Shown one piece after another: positions 24,732-34,330 of a stretch of 48,633 nucleotides of DNA. How positions within the stretch are numbered: the first letter of the stretch is position 1; every line of letters starts with the position of its first letter. The notes below the pieces were generated by a model. That model saw nothing but the letters and a program-made list of their open reading frames with translations, did not search any database and had not been told where the DNA came from. A program made the translations under genes and the position numbers. Source of the stretch: Mustelus asterias (Eukaryota); the NCBI RefSeq assembly GCF_964213995.1, contig NC_135823.1, positions 1,612,001 through 1,660,633 of the forward strand. The letters are read 5' to 3'.

Positions 24732-26582
24732 CTGCAAAAAGAATTAAACTTTCACTCAAATAAAATCGATTGTGGAAATAATCAAACAAGCGAAGGATTT
24801 TGTCAAATATGTCTCTCCAATTTGACCGGAAAATGGCAAAAGATTTTGCATACTTTTCCATCATGTATGAGAGTAGCACTTTTCCAATAGAACACAGGGA
24901 GAGCTGGAGCGCGATTGTCACAGAGAGACTGAGCACTTTTTGAATAGGGCGCACACAGAGAAAGAGAGAGAGAGTGAAAGTTTCAGGGAGAGAGTAGTCA
25001 TTGAATCCCGCAGTGCAGAACGAGACCATTCAGCCCATCGAGTCTGCACTGACAACAATCCCACGCTATCCACGTAAACCCACGTACTTATCCTGCTTAT
25101 CCCCCTGACACTCTGGTCAATTTAGAATGGCCAATCAACGAACATATCTTTGGACTGTGGGAGGAAACTTTATCCTGGGGAGGCAGTGGCCTCGTGGTAT
25201 TATCACCAAGACTAGTAATACAGAAACTCAGCGAATGTTCTGGGGACACGAGTTCGAATCCCGCCACAGCAGATGGTGGAATTCGAATTCAATTTTAAAA
25301 ATATCTGGAATTAAGAATTTACTGATGACCATGAAACCATTGTCGATGGGGGCGGCACGGTAGGACAGTGGGTAGCACTGTGGCTTCACAGCTCCAGGGA
25401 CCTGGGTTCGATTCCCGGCTTGGGTCACTGTCTGTGTGGAGTTTGCACATTCTACCCGTGTCTGCGTGGGTTTCCTCCACGTGCTCCGGTTTCCTCCCAC
25501 AGTCCAAAGATGTGCGGGTTAGGTTGATTGGCCATGCTAAAAATTGCCCCTTAGTGTCCTGAGATGTGTCGGTTACAGGGATTAGCAGGGTAAATGTGTA
25601 GGGATATGGGGGTAGGGCCTGGGTGGGATTGTGGGCGGTGCAGACTCGATGGGCCAAATGGCCACTTTCTGCACAGTAGGGTTTTTATGATTCTATGAAA
25701 CCGATTCACCGGAGGAAACCCACGTATTCACGGGGAGAATGTGCAAACTCCACAGACAGATATGGGAGGCCAGAATTGAACACTGGCAGCTTAGAAACTT
25801 AGAAACCCTACAGCACACAAAGAGGCCATTCGGCCCATCGAGTCTGCACCGACCACAATCCCACCCAGGCCCTACCCCCATATCCCTGCATATTTATCCA
25901 CTAATCCCTCTAACCTACGCATCCCAGGACACTCAGGGCAATTTTTTAGCATGGCCAATCAACCTAACCCGCACATCTTTGGACTGTGGCAGGAAACCGG
26001 AGCACCCGGAGGAAACCCACGCAGACACGAGGAGAATGTGCAAACTCCACACAGACAGTGACCCAAGCCGGGAATCGAACCCAGGTCCCTGGAGCTGTGA
26101 AGCAGCAGTGCTAACCACTGTGCAACCGTGCCGCCCAGCTGGCGCAGTGAGGCGTCAGTGCTAACGACTGTGCCACCGTGCTGCCCAACCGAGAGATTTC
26201 AAATAGAACTTTTCCAATAGGACACTGGGAGAGGTAGGGAGATACAGTGACAGAGAGAAAGAGGGAGAGAGTGAAAGATTCAGGGAGGAGTAAGAACTAA
26301 GATGTTACAAAGCACAGTTTAAACAACAGAGAAATAAAGCACAAGATAGAATCATAGAGTCATAAAGGTTTACAGCATGGAAACAGGCCCTTCGGCCCAA
26401 CTGCCCCTTTCTAAAATCACTAAGCCAGTCCTATTTGCCCGCGTTTGACCCATATCCCTCTGCAGCCATCTTACCCATGTAACTTTCTAAACGCATTTTA
26501 AAGGACAAAATTGTACCCGCCTCTGATACTACTTCTGGGAGCCTGTTCCAGACAGTCACCATCCTCTGTGTGAAAAACTTCC

Positions 26583-26826
26583 TAGTAAGAAGTTTAACAA
26601 CACCAGGTTAAAGTCCAACAGGTTTATTTGGTAGCAAAAGCCACACAAGCTTTCGAGGCTCTGAGCCCCTTCTTCAGGTGAGTGGGAATTCTCACCTGAA
26701 GAAGGGGCTCAGAGCCTCGAAAGCTTGTGTGGCTTTTGCTACCAAATAAACCTGTTGGACTTTAACCTGGTGTTGTTAAACTTCTTACTGTGTTTACCCC
26801 AGTCCAACGCCGGCATCTCCACATCA
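26583..26826. mobile_element. Recent palindromic insertion (Penelope-like inverted terminal repeat) with a 12-bp TSD
   Basis: Perfect 99-bp inverted arms 26584-26682 and 26691-26789 with an 8-nt loop; TGAAAAACTTCC at 26571-26582 and 26827-26838. Confidence 0.85.
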
Positions 26827-28354
26827 TGAAAAACTTCCCCCAGATATATTGACCGAATAAATGATTCAAAGTTAGAGCATCAATCTGATGGAGCACTGTT
26901 CAAACAAGACAAGAGACGAAGAGATAGGCAGAGCAAATAACTTACACAGCATTATTCTGCTCGATTTCCAATGATGAAACGTGGAGAGAGGTTTCGAGAA
27001 AGAGAAAAAAAGAAGATAACAAAGTAGATAATGCAGAGAGAGATGGGTACACAGTTAGATGGAGCACCATGGAACTAACATCAAAAATACTAACGCTGGA
27101 GAATACTAGATAAACCAACAAATAGAGGGAGAGACAGAGACAGGGAAGGAGGGAGGGAGATCAACAGCTGAAGGTAGAGTGAGAGTGAAAGAGATGCAAA
27201 CAGTGTGTTAGGAGAGACTGACCGAGAAAGCTGCACCAGGGTAAAATGCAGGATTGATAGAGAGAAGGGGAGGGAAGGGAGGTTAACAGGGGAAGATAAA
27301 CAACTGGACAAATCGTAAAATCGCGACAGTGCACACAGGTCTAGTCGGCCCATCGAGCAAGCACGACAACAGTGCCACCCAGGGCCCAACAAATGAGCCC
27401 AAATTTATACCCTGACAGTTTAGCATGGTTAATTCACCTAACCCACACACCTTTGGACAGGAAAAGGGAATTTAGCATGGCCAATCCACATAACTTGCAT
27501 GTCTTTGGACACTAAGGGGTAATTGAGCATGGCTAATCGACATAACCTGCACATCTTTGGACACTAAGAGGCAATTTAGCGTGGCCAATCCACTTGACCC
27601 GCACATCTTTGGATATTAAGGGGCAATTTCGCACGGCCAATCCACGTAACCTGCACATCTTTGGAGTGTGGGAGATAACCGCAGTACCTGGAGGAAACTC
27701 GCGCTGGCACGGGGAGAACATGCAAACTTCACATAGACAGTTACTCAAAGCCGGAATTGAACCCGGGTCACTGGAGCTGTGAGGCAGCAATGCTAAAGTG
27801 CCATTGCGCAGATAACTTGTAGTGCACGGTGCGATTGAAAGGGATTCAAGTAGAGAGAGATGAAGGGATAAATAAATGGTTCACCACCGTGCTGAGACGA
27901 AGTGCAACACTGAGGGTATAATCACACATTTCAGTTTGTCACACCGAACGAGTAGTCCCTGACCTTCAGAAATGTAACGGTGTCTTCGGCAGACACAAGA
28001 AGTGGGAGAGGGAAAGAGGCCATTCGGCCAATCCAGTCTACTCTGCCTTTCAATAACTCCATGGTTAACCGTGTACACAAACTTAACTTTCCCACCCTTA
28101 CCCTTTCATCTATCCGTTCTCACAAATGTACTGCAGCGATTGAACATCCACGGCTCTCTACGGCAGCGAAAAAGCGTTAAAGTGTAAGGAATCGAACCTC
28201 TGAACGATTGGGAGGGCTGTGATAGCACAGCGATGAATTGGACCTCCATGGAGAAACCCGCAGAGACATTGCAAATTTACAAAGTTTGACTGCTCTGAGT
28301 GAAGTGTCCCGTTAACGTCAAAGGCCTTGAAAAAGCATCATTGTGAATAGCTAC

Positions 28355-28653
28355 CTCTCTGAGATGAGACACTTTCAATGAGAATACTTTCAACGGAGTT
28401 GACCTGAACGGCGCAAATACAGTGAGTGCCACTTCGCCAAGTTTCCACCGAGAGGCTGATGCAACTCCTGATGGTGTAGGTCCCGTCTGGCTCCAGCATC
28501 CCCGAATGGGTCTGTGCCTCGGTATCCCGCCCCGGACCGGAAAGGAATCGGGAGACACGCCTCTGACCAAACACAACAATGGGACCCTTTCCATGGCAGG
28601 AAACTCATCCAGGGGCGGGGTGAGGAGGAATATGGTGGGAGAACCCGCTAAAT
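28355..28653 (-). pseudogene. Gene B C1-set exon
   Basis: PTIFLLTPP...VPLLCLVRGVSP, then a deletion removing the C-strand Trp with frameshift, then GMLEPDGTYTIRSCISLSVETWRSGTHCICAVQ; donor GAG|GTAGCT. The V-C intron is 94 bp with a mutated acceptor (ccgg|at). Confidence 0.9.
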
Positions 28654-28747
28654 CCGGCAAATGAAACAGAGAACCCATTAACAGGTTGAACAGGACACTT
28701 TAATTGCTTTGAGATATGCACTGCAATGGAATAATCATGGAATTTAC

Positions 28748-29081
28748 CCGTGATCACTAACTTGGAGCCGTTTCCAAATATTCTGGCCATGTTTTGATAA
28801 TTGAGGATTGCAGAGTAATACATCCCAGATTCATTTTTCTGGGAATCCGCAACGATTAGTGAATAAATGCCCGCTTTTTCAGAAATCTCGCTGGAAAACC
28901 TCCCCTCAGTTCGACTGTTCTGGAACGCTGTGTAAACCAAAGCCATATCGTTTCTCTCCCTCTGTCTGTACCAGTGGAGATAGCTAGTAGCTTGACCCTT
29001 GGACACGAAACCTGAGATGAACAAGACTCCCGGCAGGGAGCGTCTGAACCGGCGGAGACTGGGACAAGGTGGCCTGAGACA
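28748..29081 (-). pseudogene. Gene B germline-joined V-J exon
   Basis: (ct)n-cttacag| acceptor; SQATLSQSPPVQTLPAGSLVHLRFRVQGS / frameshift / ATSYLHWYRQ...GRFS...YSLIVADSQKNESGMYYSA...IFGNGSKLVIT; donor G|GTAAAT. Confidence 0.92.
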
Positions 29082-29124
29082 CTGTAAGTAGGAAAGAGAG
29101 AGAGAGAGAGAACAGTCACCTCAG

Positions 29125-29560
29125 GTTATGGAACATTCCCTGAAGACAGCCTCCGACCATGATACGCCGATTGGGAGTAAATAAAACAAACCAGCCTCCC
29201 ATCCATTAACTCCATCCACACTTCCTGCTGCCTCAGAAAAAGCAGCCAGCATAATCAAGGACCCAACGCAACCCGGACATTCTCTCTTCCGCATTTTTCT
29301 GTCGGGAAAACGATACAAAAGCCTGAGGTCACGTACCAACCGACTCAAGAACAGCTTCTTCACTGCTGCCATCAGACTTTTGAATGGACCTACCTGGCAT
29401 TAAACTGATCTCTCTCTACACCCCAGCTATGATGGTAACAATACATTCTCCACTCTCTCCTTTCCTTCTCCATGAACGGTATGCTTTGTCTGTATAATGC
29501 GTTAGAAACAATACATTTCTCTGTATGCTAATACATGTGACCATAATGAATCAAATTAAA
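29125..29560 (+). mobile_element. Rex1/Babar-like LINE 3' end (related pieces near 2705-3040, 23985-24310, 31570-31890, 43130-43410)
   Basis: Translation PGHSLFRIFLSGKRYKSLRSRTNRLKNSFFTAAIRLLNG resembles the Rex1/Babar ORF C-terminus; shared 3' UTR ending tacatgtgacaataa. Confidence 0.7.
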
Positions 29561-29647
29561 TTTTTAAAAAATGCCCGATTCAAAATTAAAATCGCACTAT
29601 TAAATCGCTCTAATTATGGTGGTTAATTGCCCCATTTTCCTCCTCAC

Positions 29648-29700
29648 TTTCGAAAGGAACAATACGAGTCCATTCAACAGTAAATCTGGTTTGAATACTT
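29648..29700 (-). pseudogene. Candidate degenerate leader exon of gene B (..PDLLLNGLVLFLSK)
   Basis: Hydrophobic stretch ending at donor AAA|GTGAGG about 570 bp upstream of the V exon, but no nearby in-frame ATG and phase 0. An alternative is MMCEWAPLTILATLEKKAFQVELQ at 30482-30410 with a phase-1 A|GTGAGT donor. Confidence 0.3.
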
Positions 29701-30767
29701 GGCAGAGGACACATGTCAACTGCGAAATGTTAATCACATAAAGAGCGACAGTGACACTACATTTCTCAACTATTGCTTCCATCCCACTCTCTCCTTATAT
29801 GACACCAACTGACTGAGGATGATGGAATCTGAAACAAAAACAGAAAATACTGGAAAATCTCTGTTGGGTTATGGGAATTGTGATCAGTGCAGACTCGATG
29901 GACCAAATGGCCTCTTTCAGGGCTGCATGAATCTAGGTCCGAGAGTATCTGTGGAGAGAGAATAGAGCCACCATTCCGAGTGTGGATTACCCTCCGTCAG
30001 AGCTCCATGCTCTCTGGAGAATCGGAGAGCCCCTGCAGTGCAGAAACAGGAAACATGGCCCATCGAGTCTGAACTGATCACAATCGCCATAACCCCACGT
30101 ATTTACCCTGCCAACCCACTGACACGATGGGGCAATATAGCACAGCCAATCAACCTAACCCGCACATTTTTGTGATTGTGGGAGGCAACAGGAGCACCCA
30201 GAGGGAACACTCGCAGACACGGCAAGAAACTGCAAACTCCACACAGACAGTAACCAAAGCCGGGAATCGAACCCAGGCCCGGGTGGTGAGATGCAGCAGT
30301 GCTAACCACTGTGCCGCTGAGATGTTCCAGCATTTTCTGTTTTTGCTGCGTTTCCTCTTCTCCTCGGCCAACTTTGGGCGTTTTTTTTCGCCAAAAACGA
30401 ATAACTCACTCTGAAGTTCTACTTGAAATGCTTTCTTCTCCAAAGTGGCCAATATTGTTAATGGAGCCCACTCACACATCATATCTCAAGAGAAATGGCA
30501 ATTAAGATTAATTCCTTTCTAATCATTGTTATTAATCGACTTCCCATTTTCTCAGCAATATTTGTTTCGTTGTTATGTTAAACTTACACGCTACCTCACA
30601 TCGTATAGTACCGCAGAATCAAGGGGGAGACCGTTCGGCCCTTCGGGTCTGTGTTGAATCTTTGAAAGAGTTAGTTAACATTACTAAATTTTCCCCCTTC
30701 AATTATGTATCCAGTTCCCCCCTTTTGAAAGTGCCAATTAAACCCTTTTGGAAGTTCCTATTGAACT

Positions 30768-31120
30768 GGGCGGCACGGTAGCACAGTGGTTAGCACTGCT
30801 ACCTCACAGCTCCAGGGACCTGGGTTCGATTCCCGGCTTGGGTCACTGTCTGTGTGGAGTTTGCACATTCTCCTCGTGTCTGCGTGGGTTTCCTCCGGGT
30901 GCTCCGGTTTCCTCCCACAGTCCAAAGATGTGCGGGTTAGGTTGATTGGCCATGCTAAAATTGCCCCTTAGTGTCCTGAGATGCGTAGATTAGAGGGATT
31001 AGCGGGTAAAATATGTAAGGATATGGGGATAGGGCCTAGGTGGGATTGTGGTCGGTGCAGACTCGATGGGCCGAATGGCCTCTTTCTGCACTGTGGGGTT
31101 CTATGGTTCTATGGTTCTAT
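30768..31120 (+). mobile_element. HE1/V-SINE-type tRNA-derived SINE with CR1-like tail (near-identical copies at 10706-11050 +, 25350-25695 +, 25790-26137 -, 39276-39620 +; older ones near 21220, 30030, 40990, 46430, 47400)
   Basis: A/B-box head (GCACAGTGG...GGTTCGATTCC), conserved core gtctgcgtgggtttcctccgggtgctccggtttcctccca, and tail gggccgaatggcct...ttctatg. Confidence 0.92.
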
Positions 31121-33639
31121 CTTTCGGACTGTGGGGGTAAACCGGAGCACCTAGTGGAAACCAATACGGGCAGAATGTGCAGATTCTGCACAGACAGTGA
31201 GCCAAGCCGGGAATCGAACCCAATTCCTTGGCGCTAGGAGGCAGCAGTGCTAACCACGGTGCCACCGGGCACCCCAGCAAAGATGCACAGGGAACGGAAA
31301 AGGTGCAGTTAAGATTTCATATGAGTTATACCAGAAGAGAAAGCGTGTAACTGTCAGTGAAGCTTGAAGAGTTTGGAGCGCTTTTTCTCCAAAACGAGTG
31401 AAAATTGAGGGCTGACCGATCGAGCATTTGCAATTATGAAATGGTTCAACAAAGTAGAAGTAGAATTTCAAAATATTACAAGATGAGATAGTCGCCAATA
31501 GGGAACTCAGGACAAAAATGTATTTTGGAGGAATGGGCAGAGTATGGAGCTCGCTGCCACAGGGAGTGCTTATGATTTCATTTGATTTGATTCATTATTG
31601 TCACATGTATTAGCATAGATTAAAAAGTATTGTTTCCTGCGCGCTCTACAGACAAAGCATACCGTTCATAGAGTACATAGATGTGATTTATTATTGTCAC
31701 ATGTATTGGGATGCAGTGAAAAGTACTGTTTCTTGCGCGCTATACAGACAAAGTTTACCATTCACAGAGAAGGAAAGGAGAGAGTGCAGAATGTACTGTT
31801 ACAGTCATAGCTAGGGTGTAAAGTACCATCAACTTAATGCAAGGTAGGCCAATTTTTCGCTATATGCTAATACATGTGACAATAATAAATCAAATCACCC
31901 AACTTAAAAAGTGCCCCATTAAAAAAAAATCGCAAAATTAAAATCTGATCATAGCATTCGATGCCCCATTTTCCTCCTCATCTCTGCTCGTGACGAATGA
32001 CAAAAATGTATTTTAACTGGGGAGCTGGATAGACGCGAAGGAGAGAAAGGGCGAGAAGGATATGCTGATGGGGTGAAAGAAAGAGGGAATGAGGCACGTC
32101 TGGAGCATTAATTGCTGCGAGTGGGCCGAATGGTACCAATCTGTGCTGTATTTTGTATGCAATCGTGTTCTAAAAATATGAAATCAAAGCCATGAGGAGG
32201 CCATCCTTTGAAAGGATGATGTGTGAGCAGTTAGTGCTGCCTCTTTGCTTTGCATGGGTTGCAACGGGGCACAGCCGACATTATTTCAGTGAGATTGCAG
32301 TCGCCTTGCTTAATCTGGAGCCTGTCCGGAACAGAGAATACCCCAATGCCCTTTGCAGCCAATGATGTGTCTTCGGAAGTGCAGTTACCTTTGCAATGTA
32401 AGAGATTCAGATTTACGCAAAATCGGATGCCGAAAACAGACAATTGATAACGCCTTGAAAAGTTGACTGATAAAATCATAAAAGTCCTACAGTGCAGAAG
32501 AGGGTCATTCAGCCCAGCGAGCCTGCGCCGCCAGAAATCCCACTCAGTCCCTATTGCCGTCACGTCACATATTTACCCTACTAGTTCTCCTGACACCAAA
32601 GGGCAATTTAGCATGAACAATCCACCTAACCTGCACATCTTGATACATTAAGGACAATTTAACATGGCCAATCCACCTGACCTGCACATCTTGGGGCATT
32701 AAGGGCAATTTAGCATGTCCAATCTACATTACCTACATATCTTCGGACACTAAGGGGCAATTTAGCACGGCCAATCCATCTATTCAGCACACCTTTGGAT
32801 ACTAAGGGACAGTTTAACATGGCCGAACCCTGTCGATATTTTGCTCTTTTCTACAAATATGTATTGGTCTTTTTTGCAGAAATGTCAAATGGCGACACGA
32901 CACATAAACAGACAAGGTTCTAAATTCGAAACGAAGAAAGTAACGTGATTTGTTGTACTTAAGATAATCTTATTTCATTCACCTTAAATAGGCTGCTGGT
33001 CATAACAGTTAAGGAGAGTAATAATATTTATTTATTAGTGCGCTTCTACAAAGCCAGCACACCCATAAAAACCTCCTTTATACTGACAAACGCTCCTATT
33101 TAACAGTGACAGAAATGTCTCTTCACCTCTGCCTTAATGGTCTACCCCGAATTCAGAGACTGTGACCCCTGGTTCTGGACTCGCCGACCACTGGGAACAT
33201 CCTCTTTGCATCGACCCTGTCTCGTCTGATTAGAATTTTATAAATCTCTGTGAGATCCCCCTTCATTCATCTGGACTCCAGAGAAAACAATCATAACCTC
33301 GTCAATCTCTCCCGCAATCCGCCTGGTAAACGATCGCTGCACTCCCTCAAGAGCAAAAGAGCAAGAATATCCTTCCTCAGAGAAGGAGATCAAAACTGCC
33401 CACAATATTTCAGGTGTATTCATTTTGCCGAAATCAATATTCACACTATGCATAACGACAGATCAGACAATTTCACACCTGATATTACACTTCCAGGCCA
33501 ATGCTTACCTGATCTCTCTCTCTTTCTTCTGCATTTCTTAAATTTCCTCGGCCATGAATCTCTGTACATAAATGTGGATACCGCAAAACTGAAATAATCA
33601 ATTGTAAGAAATGCAGTGCAGATTAGAATGATATAGCCA

Positions 33640-34330
33640 TAGAAATCATACAGCGCAGAAGGAGGCATGCGGTCCATCTTGACCATGCCGACCCAAGACA
33701 TCACGGTGCCCATTCTAATCTCACCTTTGTTCACCCGGCCCATAGCCCGTAGCTTGCAGCCGTTATGGTGCAACTCCAATTGCTTTCTTTCAATCAGAGT
33801 TTAGGGTCTCTCCCTCCGTCACCAACTCGGACAGCGAATTCCAGACACCCACCGTCCTCTGCATCAAAGAAAGTTTTCCTCATATCCCCTCCATGGTTAC
33901 TGCCACTTATCTTGAATCTATGACCTCTGGTTTTTGACCGCTCTGCCAAGTGAAACAGGTTGTTCCTCTCCACTCCATCTCTACCCCTCAGAATTTTGTG
34001 TACCTCAATATTGTCACCGCTGAGCCTTCTCTGTTCCATGGAAAACAAAGCCAACCTCTCTAATCCCTCCTCGTTGCTACAATTCTCCAGCTCTGGCAAC
34101 ATGCTTGTAAATGTGCTCAGCACTCTCTCTCGAGCAATGATGTCCTTCCTGTAATGTAATGGCCAGAATTGCACGCACAGTTCCAGTTGTGCCCTCAACA
34201 GTGTCTTCTACTATTTCATCATTTGACCCCATCTTTTGTACTCTATTCCTCTGCCAGTGAAGGAGCCGTCGCTTGGTCTAAAGCCTTGCATGCCTTGACA
34301 TCACAAGTGCACAACTAAATCGTTCTTAAA
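33640..34330 (-). mobile_element. Degenerate CR1 3' fragment
   Basis: LELCVQFWPLHYRKDI...TRGHRFK translation. Confidence 0.85.

Larger units (their letters stand above)
24415..29081 (-). pseudogene. Gene B: non-rearranging VJ-C1-TM immunoglobulin-superfamily receptor-like pseudogene
   Basis: Phase-1 exon chain: VJ 29081-28748, C1 28653-28355, TM 24731-24613, cytoplasmic 24473-24415. Frameshifts in V, C1 and TM; both V cysteines lost; C1 acceptor AG->GG. Confidence 0.9.

Noticed and set aside
30768-30840. tRNA-like A/B boxes
   Set aside because: SINE heads continuing into the SINE body, not tRNA genes.
32216-32270. Plus-strand leader-like MMCEQLVLPLCFAWVATG head-to-head with gene B
   Set aside because: No GT donor and no downstream V exon found.
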